This document shows positions 1-13,543 of a stretch of DNA of 40,897 bases, in pieces. Each line of letters starts with the position of its first letter. Within the stretch, counting starts at the first letter, position 1. The stretch covers positions 1 to 40,897 of the forward strand of contig MU271595.1 of assembly GCA_021432655.1 (NCBI GenBank). The letters are read 5' to 3'. The position numbers and the translations under genes were made by a program. Below the pieces are notes generated by a model. That model made no database searches, was not told the origin of the DNA, and saw nothing but the letters and a program-made list of their open reading frames with translations. The DNA comes from Atractiella rhizophila (lineage: Eukaryota).

Positions 1-12
1 AAAATCACAATC

Positions 13-429
13 CTAACTGATTTTCGTTATGTACAGAACTGGTTTATTATGAGCTACTGATGACCAAGTCAGCAAGGAAAACTTGCCATTATTTCCCCTA
101 ATGAAAGCATCTCCGTACCTATTCTTTACTTCCCCATTCACAAGCTCTTCTGTCTGTTCTAAAGCAATGTTCATGTAGCCGTCGAGGCAAGATAATGTGC
201 CTTCAAGGTGCGTGAATTGTTAGTAGGTCCACAAAGAAATGCAATGGACTGAACCGACCTCTGTAATCGACCCCACTGTTCAGGCGCACAATTACCTGGT
301 GCCCAACGACCTGGAAAGAAGATTAGCTGGTCAGCGCGTGTAAAAATGCACAAGTCGCACATTTTTCAAAAAATCAGAGGGTGAACCAGAGGCAGCAGCT
401 GCATTTTCACTCCCATTAGCAGCTGACAT
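13..429 (-). CDS. LSM6: U6 snRNA-associated Sm-like protein LSm6 (4 exons; last intron GC-AG)
   Basis: Manual splicing gives MSAANGSENAAAASGSPSDFLKN/VVGHQVIVRLNSGVDYR/GTLSCLDGYMNIALEQTEELVNGEVKNRYGDAFIRGNN/VLYITKIS*. The Sm1/Sm2 motifs (CLDGYMNIALE, YGDAFIRGNNVLYI) are typical of LSm6. Not in the ORF track. Confidence 0.95.
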
Positions 430-795
430 TTAGACAATTGATATTGATATTCGAGAGCCGGGCTTGCACAGATGCTTATGGTTATACACCTTGAAGTCGA
501 GGGCAGAGTTAAGGGTATGGACAATTCGAACCTTATTGCAACTACTTCATTCGACATCACATCACTGATGTAAAATCTGATCTTCAGTGTGCATAAAAGG
601 TTCAGTCCAATGCACACACAGCTTTCTACCTTGCAGTGTTATGTCTTTTCTCACGTCACAACTCTTGACATCCTATTGCATTAAAGACATTACTACTTTT
701 TACTATGCCATGCAGATCAACAACTTCCTCAATTATCTAGACTGCAAATGAAACCAAAGTATCCTTCAAACAAGCACCAGATCTGACCTTTCTTC

Positions 796-3700
796 CTAAT
801 CCTTGGGGATGACGATGGTTCGACCCATTGTAGCATGCTCAATGTAAATGTCGTCCGCTGGGTGACGATAGAGAGGTTGTTTCAGCCTCTTCTGATCGAG
901 GAAGTGCCTTTACCATCCATGAGCAACCAATCCCAAAACAGAGCGAGAAACGCACCCTATGAAACCCGCGGATCGACCGAGCACAAAGAGTCCATTCAAC
1001 ACACCAATCTTGGTGTACTCGTCGGCTTCCTCAGGAGTGAAAGCTCCAGAACAGCGCAAAAGATCAACGAAACAAACAGCAATACAGCCATCAACATTCA
1101 GACTGTGAACTCGTCAATAATGTGAAGGAGCTGGTGAAAATGCTTACATCAAGGTATCTTTCTTGGAGCTGGTGACATTCTCAACGGCCAAAGCGTAGTC
1201 GAGCATGTCTGTCGAAGGGAAATGCTTCTTAACATACGACTTCACAAGCTCCACTCGTAAATCTGGGTTTGTCTTTGACTTGATTTTGTGGCCAATTCCA
1301 GGAACTATAGGTGTCCTTTCAGCGTGCATGTACGGAATGAAAAGTGCGTGAAAAACGAACTGAGTTTGTTCTGCCGCCTCATAGAGTCGACAAATTCACG
1401 TGGAGTAAGTCCAGTGTCTTTGGCATTGGTGAATTCACTGGCAGCACCATCCAAAGCACCTCCGAATCGATCACCGATGGTGAGCAAACCAGCGACCAAA
1501 GACGAAACCAGGTCCTTTCCTGCTCGAGCAGTGATAACCGTTGTCATGGCACCAGAAACAGCAGGTCCCTGAGTTATGAGTCAGCAACATCCACGGTAGT
1601 ATTAACCAGTAAACATACGTGATCCGCCGTCAACATGAGAACCATCTCCAAAAATTTGCGAGCGTAAGGAGGCAGCAGCCGCTTGAACCACAGGAGACTG
1701 ACAACACCACCAATACCAATATCTTCTTTGAAGACGTCTGAAATCTTCATTCCAGCGTAAAGAAGTTCTTGACCCCGCTCGTCTGAGATGGTGGAAATGA
1801 ACGAAGCTGGACGCCTGATCATTCCTAGCTCCTGAGCCCACTTGTAATCCATGGGAATATGAGGAGGTTCCTTCTCGGGAAGAGGTGTTATCGTTCCATC
1901 AGCAACTAGAGTCTCGTACGTCTCATTGATGGCTTGCATAAAGTCCTCAAACGTATCCGGAACAACGAATCCTGCCTCCCTCATGGCCTGGTTCTTGGCC
2001 TCAGCTGTCTCAAGATCCGAATTGGCCATTGATCCAGCATGTCCGAATTGAACGTCGGTGGCGAACATCTTTGCGCAGGTTCCGATTGCCCAGGCGACAA
2101 TAGGTTTGGTTATCTTTCCAGACTTGACAGCGTCGATAACACGGTACTCTTCAATGCCTCCCACTTCCCCTAGCAAAACGAGCATCTTGATGTTGGGGTC
2201 AGCTTCGTATCTGAGGAAATGGTCGATAAAAGTGGTTCCGGGGTAGCGATCTCCACCAATGGCAATACCTTCGTAGGTACCGTTGGTTGCTACCATGGAC
2301 AGTTAACTTGTGTTTTCAAGGGACGCAGCTACTCACCATTCGCCAAGATGTTATTCAACTCGTTCGACATTCCACCAGACTTGGACACGTATGCGACTGA
2401 TCCAGGGCGGTATAGTTTCGAAGCGATAACATTGTCCATCATGCCGGCAGTGTTACCGATCCTGAAACATCCCGCTTTGATCCCACCGACTGTGGCGGGT
2501 CCAATAATCATAACGTTTGCCTTCTGGGCCTTCAACAAGATCTCCCTAGCATGACGTTCGGGAACTCCTTCAGCGATAAGAGCGATCGCTTTGATCTGAG
2601 CATGTTTGAGAGCCTCGAGAGTAGAGTTATAGACAGATCGAGAGGATGCAAAGTTGACAATAACGTCAGCGTCAGGGTGCTTCTTGCAAGCTTCTGCCAG
2701 GCTGGTATATACGGGAAGAAGGGTCTCTTTCAATCCCCTGTTACGAACATTCAGGACCCTGAATCAAGTTCCGAGAGAAGGCAACCAACCAGTAAAATTT
2801 CTGGATATGATGCGAGCCAAACTCGTAAACAATAGCCGAAACAGATGGCGTCTGACGTCCACAAGCATAATCAAAGTCCAACATGCCTTGAATGGCTCGA
2901 GGTTGTAGGCCATAAACGAAGCATCGCGTTGTGTCATCGAACGGCGCATACCACGGTCGCTTCCCAGGTGCAGGTTGCTCACCAAAGGTGACAATCCCAC
3001 CCGATTCTTGCGTTTGGGGTTTTGGTCGAGTCAAGGTAGGAGAGATGGATCGAACTGGAGTCGCGGCCCCAGAGGGAGTGGCGTATCCTGAAGCTGAACC
3101 GTGAACTTTGGGAACCTTAAGAGTAGGCTTCTCGTCTCCTGCTTTGGTGATTCCGAGGGCCAAAGGGACAATTTCGGTGATGAGGGAGTCAGGGCCACGA
3201 ACCTACAGCAGTCGTAAACCAGCTGATATGTCAAACATAGTCAACACTAACGGTGATATCAACGCCGAGCGTCTCCCCTAACAAACGCATAGCCTTAAGA
3301 CCTTCCTGATAATTGGGTCCACCTCTTCGAACATAGATCTTGACCTTGTGGGCCTGAAGTTGCTTTTGATATTGCTTCAGTGCTTGAATGATTCCCTTGA
3401 AAGTAGCGGCGACGTTGGTGAAATTGGCAATTCCACCTCCAATAATCAACACTTTGCCTTCAGGGTGAGGATTGCCGCGAGTCATGAGATCCACTGTCAT
3501 AACTGTTATTATGCCGTACGTCAACAACAATGAGAAACTGACATATGGTCTTCGCGTATTCGTATGTTTGATTTTGAGTAGGCGCTCCAGAATATTCACC
3601 ATAATTAGCCAGTTCGTGCGCAAATCCGTGAGCAGCAATGGCATCGCTGCATTGATCTAATCAGCTCCACATCGAAAGCAAACATGGAGGACGGCACACC

Positions 3701-4971
3701 TATAAACAACAGAGGCACCACCACCAGCAACCATAGTCCACACACGACCTTCAGCGTTAAGGACGGTGAGTTTCAGCGATGCACCAGTGGAGCTGTCCAG
3801 TTTGGCGATGTAAGCCTCCTCCTTTGTCAAATCCCGGCCTTGGCTCTCATCAACGATGGTTACTGATAAAAAAAGTATTTCGCTCACCAAAAGGAGCGGG
3901 GAACTCCATCGGCGGTCCACGATCCGCCATGACTTTACCGCTCCCAGATGTTGGTGCAGCGTTGATGATTGAAGGATCACGCGCGATGGACCATTTGGCA
4001 CCGCAGATGTAATCAGCAGTCTATTACTTGTTAAGCTAAAACACAGGTTTGAAGGGAATAACAAACCTGATCAAGTTTCGCTGCCATGTCAAGGAAGTGG
4101 ATTTCGGGGCGCTTCCCACCGACTGAGTCCAAACAAACCAAGGGGTTGATCTCGAGATAGGTAAAATGCAGGTCGACATAAACGCTATACAACCTAAAGA
4201 GGAAGTCGACTAGTGCCTCCTTCTTCCCTTCGTCCTTAACATGGACAAGCAGCTGCTTCTTGAGCTCTTGCCTCGAAGGTAGATCTCCATCTACTGGAAC
4301 AAGAACTTTGAGAGCCTTCTCGTCGACGTCTCCAACATCAACGCCTCCTTCATGTGTAAAGAGGATATAGTCGCCTTCTCGAACTGAGTTGATGCACACA
4401 TAGAACTCCGTGTGCGAAGGATGGGGGAGGAAAGGTTCGACAATAAACGTTGTCAAAGTGCCTATTGTATAACTCAACGCCAGCACCCAATGCGTAGATG
4501 ACAAGCATACCAACAGTTTTTTCGACCTACACCAGAGAAAAAGATTGACGGTCACCCGATTGTGTGGAATTAACGATGGCAGGAAATGCCCACCTGAACT
4601 GGTTTTCCAGCTCGCTCCTCAATCCACTGCTGAGCTTCGCTCCATGATTTGTTCAGAGCGAGTAGGCCAGCCTTTCCTCTCCTTTTGATGAGCTGATCGG
4701 GTTTTGCAACCAGCTTGACGTTCGGATCAGCGAGCCAGGCAGGGATGTTATTGATGTTTGAGAGTGCGTTCGCCTCAGCGTCCCATTTTACTTGAAAGAC
4801 TTTTGGGCTGGGTGCTGTCCAATCGCTTGCGACCTGGATAGACTTTCCAAACGCGGGTGCGCGTGGAAGATGGTAGGCAAGGAGGAGTTTGGCATCGTAC
4901 TCGTGGATGGCTATCGATCAGTGATTAGTTTTCGGATTTTGTCACCGCCAGAACTCACGTTTGGCAGACAT
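796..4971 (-). CDS. ACL1: ATP-citrate lyase, fused single-chain form, multi-exon
   Basis: Starts [19 protein letters not shown]. Contains [37 protein letters not shown], catalytic FGHAG, and a citrate-synthase-like C-terminus ([23 protein letters not shown]). Stop TAG at 796-798. Includes a 16-nt exon at 4511-4526. Confidence 0.97.
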
Positions 4972-5152
4972 TTTGATATAATGGAACTGAGGAAAGACAC
5001 ACGACTTTTGAGGCCCTTTTAAAGCTTTTTGAGAATGTTGGGGATTGGGCGATCAAGAAAACAGGATGGGGAATGCGAACCCTAAGCAGATCTAGGAACC
5101 CTATCTCGCGTAGAAGGACGAGCGACGGGAAGAAGCAAGCCCAGAAGCAATC
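4972..5152. promoter_or_regulatory. Probable bidirectional promoter between ACL1 and the first Pmp3-family gene (181 bp between start codons)
   Basis: Head-to-head start codons; inferred from geometry only. Confidence 0.5.
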
Positions 5153-5648
5153 ATGGCAAGAGAACCGTCTAGCAGTGTGAGTCCTTGCAGCATGCCCTAA
5201 CGATGCTAATGTGACTTTTAGTGGAACGTATCCCTCTATCTCTTAGGTACGCGTGCTCTGTGGTTGTGGTTGGAGGAGCTTGCATTTAACCGGCGACTAG
5301 CGATCTTTCTACCTCCTCTTGCAGTCTTCTTCAAAAGAGGTATGGGGATGCTGTTAGCTTTGATACTTGCCTGAACACTTGCTAGGCTGTCTGGCCGACT
5401 TTTGGATCAATGTTGGCCTAACTGTGCTGGGCTACATCCCAGGAGTGCGTCTTTGCTATATATATACCATCTGCGTCATCCTGCATTACTAGGTCATACA
5501 TGCCTGGTGGATCATTAGCAAGCACGAAGGTCCACACCATCATCACAACGACCATGTTTACGATACTCGAGCGCTTGGGACAACTCCGGATGTTCCCCCC
5601 GCCGTCGAATCTGCGCCCATTGCAACCACAACTGCTGTGAAGACCTGA
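5153..5648 (+). CDS. Pmp3/Sna (UPF0057) family small proteolipid, ~100 aa, His-rich tail (5 exons)
   Basis: Four GT-AG introns give MAREPSSSWNVSLYLLAIFLPPLAVFFKRGCLADFWINVGLTVLGYIPGVIHAWWIISKHEGPHHHHNDH...AVKT*. This carries the family signature AIxLPPLAV...INxxLTxLGYIPGxIHA. Confidence 0.92.
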
Positions 5649-6044
5649 AGAGAAGATGGGCTCGAGGATATGAATGCTTGTGACTGCGACTTACCGTGAC
5701 GACTGGTGAGAAGACTTGTATTTAATCAACTTGACGGACTCTGCAACAAGAATACACGCTTTTGTTACATACAACCTTAGCTTGTCTCATCGAGCTGAGC
5801 CAGCGCAATAAATACGGCTGGCAGATTCCCGTGGTGCTTACTTGTAAAACTCTTGTCCGAACTGTGCTATCCACTGCTATCACTCGATGATTCTCTGAGT
5901 TTAATGCGGCGTGGTGTGAACTCCACTTTGCAGTCCAAAAATCATCTAGAGTTCAATGTTCAACATTCAATGTTCAGATAGTTAATCCATTCTGTTCAGT
6001 AGCCTACAATCTTCGAATGACATTCACTCATGTTGGAAATTCGC

Positions 6045-6735
6045 TCAGTGGGTCGGGGGAATGGATCCGTAAGCTGGAGGGCCAGAAGGAGTGGTATAAT
6101 CCCCCGCAAGCGGCTCGTCTATACAACCAATGGTGAGCATGCGGAGAGGAGAATACAAGTCGCTCACAGTCTCCATTTCCGAGATACTTGTACCCTTGAG
6201 GGTACATCTCTTCCGCCCGAATCTTCTTGTAGATGAGCCAGAAACCACTGGAGGCATATCAGCAGACGAAAAAATGAAAGAGCTGGCCTTTACTGAAGAT
6301 GACCAGGACTAAGAGAAAGTGAGTACATCACAGGCAACATGGAACCAGACGCACATGTAACCGAGAAGCGTCAAGCAGATCTAATACGTCCTAGTGAGCA
6401 TGGACAACAAAGAAAATATCTAGAAATACATTGATCAAAAGGTCACAGGAGCAGCCTTCTAATCAAGTGAGCGTTCGGACTCCATATTCAAAGGAAAGGT
6501 ACCAGAAATGAAAAAGACAGCTGTGCAAATCGTCAGAAACAAAGTCATCCTTGAAAATAAGAAAATGAACCTGCTGGCGGGAACAGGATGCAGACCAGGA
6601 TAACTGCAGCCTGCGATCAAGGTGAGCCTGATGTGAGAAGGAAGTCACGTACGAATAATATCTAAACATCACCATGGCTCGGTCAGTGTAAGAGACAGAA
6701 ATTGGTAAGCGCTTACCAGACGATCTCACTGTCAT
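6045..6735 (-). CDS. Second Pmp3/Sna family proteolipid, ~100 aa, C-terminal PPAY motif (9 exons)
   Basis: Eight GT-AG introns give MTVRSSDIILILVCILFPPAAVFFISEGCSCDLLINICLTLLGYIPGHLHGFWLIYKKIRAEEMYPQGYKYLGNGDYEPLAGDYTTPSGPPAYGSIPPTH*. Confidence 0.88.
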
Positions 6736-7049
6736 ATCGAAGGGCTTTGAGCGTTATTGTCAGGGTGATTCGTTTGCTGTCGTTTACTTGGTGGGAAAGG
6801 GGGTTCTTCGATCTTCGTTGTTTTTGTTTGTGGTGATGTCATAACCGTGACTCATTTGCCTCTCAAGCCTTATAATCCACAAGGCCCGCCGCAGCAAAAC
6901 ATTGTCATTCCATTCTCCATTCTCCATTGCTGATCAGGATTCCTCAAATTTCAGACAAATTTTCAGCCACCGTTAGGGTGTACATGAATGACAGATGAAA
7001 TCACCTTCTAGAATGGAGTAATTCGATAAACTGTAACGAATCCACAGGC

Positions 7050-8421
<1,372 letters not shown>

Positions 8422-9247
8422 CCTGATGCGTTGTTGATAAAGACTGAGGCTGATCGATCGATGCTTGGCTCCTAGTTCGGGATTACAGTAATGTGCGGAA
8501 GACAACATCTCAACAAGATCTTCATAGCAAACATAAGCGTTTCTCTGCATTGTAATTTGTGCTAATGCTTGTGGTGGAGGGTGATAGCGACAGTGGCCGA
8601 GTTTAAACGCGTCCTCAACATCCCGTGCCATCATTCTTAAAGCAAGGCTTGAGCCAGGGGATCAATAGGAATATTAAGATCCTTCGCTTCACCAGCTTTA
8701 ACAGACAAAAGGAGTCTTTCGATATTCCTGGATAATCGTGTCGGATAATCATTTCAAGTTTGTGACTCAAAGCAAACTGAATTGCGATACGTTTCCTCAC
8801 TTGGACTGAAGGAGCACTGGCAAGGAGGAAACTTGGGGCTGTCGTGATTACTGTCCTCAGGTTGTCAGTTTAGCATCCTCAAAAGGATATCAGTTCCACT
8901 ATCCGTTCCAGCGAAATAGCCAAGAAAGATGCTTGGGTTGGGATAAGAGCTGCCTGTCTGCTGCCCACTTCAAAATTTTCCAGACTAGTCAGATCCTTTC
9001 TGACATTTTTACGGAAAGGAACTTGAAGCCGTCACTTTTTACAGCAAATGTTGCAGCTTGTTAGGCTGTTCGCTGTCATTTCCGCCAAAGGAAAGGTTGA
9101 AAACGCAGGCGCCTGCCATATAATACAGTCAACATACATGCATTGCACTTCTGACAAACCGAAAGAGCTGAAAGATAATCAGTTGGCACATTCCTATATA
9201 TATGCCAAAGGAACTCAAGAAACACGAAATCTCTCCAGCCCGGTGAC

Positions 9248-11462
9248 TTAGCCGATCTTGTCACTGAAAACGCTCGTCCCGCTGGTGCTGACCGTCCTTG
9301 AAGATGGGTTACTGAAAATGCTCGTCGAGCTACTGCTTCCCATCGACATTGCCGTGGACGGCCGATACGGAACAGCTGATCGTTGACTTTGACTGAGGTT
9401 GGCCTGCTGTTGCAAGTATGGAGGAGTTGGGGAGAGAACGCCTTCGAGCTGGGATTGATGAGTTTGCTGGTTTCCCCAACCAGCGGGCAGCCGGACAACT
9501 TGGCTAGAAGAAGGAAATCCCATCCCTACGCTCGAAGCAAGAGCGGAGGATCGACTCGCATTTGTGCTTTCGTTCAATCCTTGAGGTTTGGAGGCACGCG
9601 GGACTGAGGTACCTGGCGTTGTGGCTGAGAGTGTTCTTGTACGCTTGGTAGCAGTACTTGGCGGCTGGGTGCCGCCAGTCATCTGCCGCTTCAGTGGCTG
9701 AACAGCTGAACGATCTCCCGTCTTCTGTGTTTTGAGAGGAGCGGTAGCGTTTCCTCCTGTTCGTTGAGCTCTTAGCGGCGCCGGAGTGTTGCAACGAGAG
9801 GTGGAGGCTGAAAGGCTAGGGCCTTTTGATTGTTTCTGTAAGATCTGGTGAATCAGATATATTCGGAACAGTAAGACCAAGTACAAACCTTTCCACCTCT
9901 CTTCGCTGCTTCCTGCTCTAGCCGGTCATGAAGGTCATCGAGAAATCGGGACCCGTTGACAAGAAAAGGTTGCTGCTTGTTCTCTTCCCACTGAGGTATA
10001 GCATTGGTTAGTTCAAGCTCGAGTTTCGGCTTCTCCTTTTGCACCCTTTTCCGTGCCTTCTCCTCCCTAAGCAACCGTCCAGGATCGCCTCTTGTCGTCT
10101 TCCCAGTAAGTCGACTGGAGTCCTGAGCACTTGCTTCGAGCTCCTCTGCGTCCGCGAGCACGCTGAAGTATTTCGTGAGAAGTTTGAGAATCGCTTCCTT
10201 GTCGGAGAGCTCTTCAAGCAGTCGACCTTTCTCGAGTTCGTGTTTTTCGAGCTCCTCCTCCGTGAAAGATTTAGAGTAGAAAGGCGACCAGGAACTGCGC
10301 TGATTTTGACCGTAGAAGAGCTGGTCCCATAAGGAGGATATCTCTTCTCGTTCTCGTTTAATGAAAACCTCCATGTTCTCTGCTTTCTTCTGCAGCATTC
10401 TCTCGAGTTCGCGTTGATACTATGCTCAGCGTCAGTAAAGCGTTGAATTCACTCTCGAATGAGAGAGACGCACGGCTTGGATACTTTCTCCTCCAACCCC
10501 CTTGTTTTCTTCCATAAACTGGTCGCACTCCTCCTCCGTCGTCCCCAACCTCGTCCACAACGGCGTCAACTTGTCGAAGAGAGCCTGAATAAGACTTTCT
10601 CTCCTCTCCTTCTCACGCTCCAGCCACTCCCTTCTTTCCCTCGCCTTCTGCATGTTTTCTCTCGAGCATAACATGGGACCGTCTCCCTCCCATCTGGAAG
10701 TCCCAAGTGTGCCATTATCCCCGCATCGAACTCGACCTCCTCCAGAGCGCAAGGGTACGGAGGAGCTTCAGAGTCCGATCGCTGAGGCTCAGTGGTGCAT
10801 GGGTTGATCTCGAGTTCGGACCAGAGGGTGAGGATTTCGGACAAGTCGGAGTGAAGGATGGCTGCTCGTCGTTCGACTTCTTGTGTGCAACGGGTGATCT
10901 CTTGTTTGAGTCTTTCGAGCATCGAAGGGGTATACGAGCGCCCTCGCCAAGAGGTATTGTCGGATGTGGATGAGGGATCGCCTACTTCGAGGCCAGGAGT
11001 GAAGAAAGAAGAGCCGAGGAGAGGGATGAAGGAGTGCAGCTTCTGTTGGACTGAGCGGAATTGGGACACTCGCGTTTGGAGTGCAGTCTTCAGGCTAGAG
11101 ACTCGTTGATGCAGACGTTCTCGAAACGCCGTGAGGGTCTACATGCTCTCTCTTCAACGACAAACCCTTCAACAAAAAAAGGGACGTACCTCTCCCTCTG
11201 AACAAGAACATTCTTCCTTCTGTCCTAGACATTCTCCGATACCATGGAGCTCCTCTGTAAGCTCCTCCACCTGGGCTTCTGTGCGCTTGAGCTCCTCCCG
11301 GGCGTCATCCCTCTGCTTCTCGACGGTGGCTATGAGTTGTTGATGGAGCTGCTTGAGTTTGGATTCTACGACTTGGTTTGGGTTGGAAGACAGGCGTGTG
11401 TAGAGGGTTGTAAGCTCGTCTTTGTGATGAGAGATGAGTTCTTCGAGTGCCGTGAGTGACAT
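9248..11462 (-). CDS. ASE1: MAP65/Ase1/PRC1 family spindle-midzone microtubule bundler
   Basis: Helical rod (LFDKLTPLWTRLG, EISSLWDQLFY), the signature SRL...RGDPGRLLREEKARKRVQKEKPKLE...WEE...FLVNG, and a basic S/T-rich tail. ATG at 11462 chosen for its AAA-ATG context; an upstream in-frame start is possible. Confidence 0.88.
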
Positions 11463-11687
11463 TTTGGTGATTTCATTTGCAGTTGTTGTTGTTTCAGCCT
11501 GTTTGGCAGCTGTGGCAATGAGACGCGTTTGGGCAGGTGACAAGTACGTGCAGCCGGCACAAGAGCGGGTATGTCTGGATTCTTTGGGGATTGTTGGGAG
11601 AGTTCTTTGGGGATGGAATTGCCGGTAACGTAATACTTAAACGCCTCCGCTCTTGACTTCTGCGTGCCATTTCTTTTTCTTGTCGTG

Positions 11688-13543
11688 ATGGAGGTCGAAT
11701 CAACGCTTACCGAACGCCACCAGAAGTACATCTCAGAGGACGAGTCCTCTGACAACGAGGCTGGCGAAACAACAGCCGTGGATTCAGACTATGTCGACAG
11801 AGCTCTCCCAGACTCTTACGTCCAACGAGCTCTCAGGACGAAACCTCTGCCCCCGATAACGTGGAACAACTGGTGGAAGGAAATCAACGTGGTCTCTACA
11901 ACCGCGCTCACAGTTGTCCCTCTCCTCGCTATCTACGGAGCCTTGACGACACCAATCCAATTAAAGACCTTCATTTGGGCTATTGTCTACTACTTTTACA
12001 CTGGGCTTGGAATCACCGCAGGTGTGTCATTCTTGGTATGGAAAAGCTGGGTTGCTGATGCTTGAAATGCTAGGTTACCACAGACTCTGGGCACATCGCT
12101 GTTACAACGCCTCCAAGCCTCTCCAGTACTTCCTCGCTCTGGGAGGAGCCGGAGCAGTGGAAGGATCCATTCGCTGGTGGTCCCGCGGCCACCGTGCACA
12201 CCACAGGCGAGTCATATGAAATGACCTATTCGACATCTGAAACTAATTTCAACTTTCAACAGATACACCGACACTGACCTCGACCCGTATTCAGCTCACA
12301 AAGGACTCCTATGGTCCCACATCGGCTGGATGATTGTCAAACCTCGAAGGAAGCCCGGTTTCGCTGATGTCTCTGATCTTGAGAAGAACCCCGTCGTTCG
12401 CTGGCAGCACAGGAACTACCTGCCACTCATCCTCATTATGGGACTCATTTTCCCTACAGTCGTCGCCGGCCTTTTCTGGGGAGACTATCGTGGCGGTTTC
12501 TTCTTTGCCGGTGCAGCTCGATTGCTCTTTGTCCATCACGTAAGTCCCTTATGACGTGCTGTTCACATTTTTCTGACATGGAATGCTGCATAGTCGACTT
12601 TCTGTGTGAACTCGCTTGCTCACTGGCTTGGCGAGGCTCCTTTCGACGACAAGCACACTCCTCGAGACCACGTACGCCTCCCTTTATTCTGTTTCTGGAA
12701 CTAAAAACATGAGATGCAGTTTGTCACCGCTCTCGTGACCATTGGGGAGGGCTACCAGTGAGTTAGATCACTCTGTTGGTAGATGGAAGGTTGACATCGT
12801 GGTCACAGCAACTTCCACCACGAATTCCCTTCTGATTACCGAAATGCCATCAAGTGGTATCAATACGATCCCACAAAGCTCTTCATCTTGATCTGCTCCG
12901 CCCTTGGCCTTGCGAGCGAACTCAAGACCTTCCCTCGCAATGAGATCAACAAGGGAATTTACACTATGAAGCTCAAGGAGCTCAACAGTACGTCGTCCAC
13001 CGTCCCGTCAGTGTCCTGTTTCACACTTTGCACAGAGTTCGGAAACACGATTCAATGGCCAAAGGCAAGCGATGATCTTCCTGCCTTGACTTGGGATCAG
13101 TGTAGGTCTTCATTGCTGTTGTCACAGCTCACTTCTGACGCCTCGCTGTAACAGTCAAGGAAGAATGCAAGACCCGTCAACTCGTCGTCATCGCGGGTTT
13201 CATTCACGATGTCGGGCCATTCCTCGAGAATGGGGATCATCCAGGAGGAAACTCCATCCTTGCGTCACGAGTAGGAAAGGATGCCACGACCGCCTTCAAT
13301 GGCGGTATTTATGATCATTCGAATGCCGCGTTAGTTTCAATCTGCTTGAATCCTCAAGACACAGTTTAATATTCGTCTCTAACAGGCATAACTTGTTGGC
13401 CATGCTCCGTGTCGGCGCTCTCATTGGTGGTGCAGAGGTTGAATCTCTGAAAAAGCACCCGAATCTACCTAAAGGTACGCATTCTTTGATAACGACGAAG
13501 AGTTACTGAATGCTACTCTACAGGTGTCAGGGTGTACAATTAG
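11688..13543 (+). CDS. OLE1: Delta-9 fatty acid (stearoyl-CoA) desaturase with C-terminal cytochrome b5 domain
   Basis: His boxes HRLWAH, HRAHH and HNFHH; GITAGYHRLW; cytochrome b5 HPGG motif. Many short introns, one of them GC-AG (12207-12262). Confidence 0.96.

Noticed and set aside
171..617. 63-aa and 83-aa minus-strand ORFs
   Set aside because: They are off-frame readings overlapping the spliced LSM6 gene and its upstream region.
5865..5977. Short repeats (tgctatc-; gttcaat-) between the Pmp3-family genes
   Set aside because: Only 2-4 degenerate units in 3' UTR-like sequence, with no structure or array pattern.
11523..11528. MCB-like ACGCGT upstream of ASE1
   Set aside because: A single 6-mer is expected several times by chance in 41 kb and also occurs inside coding regions here.
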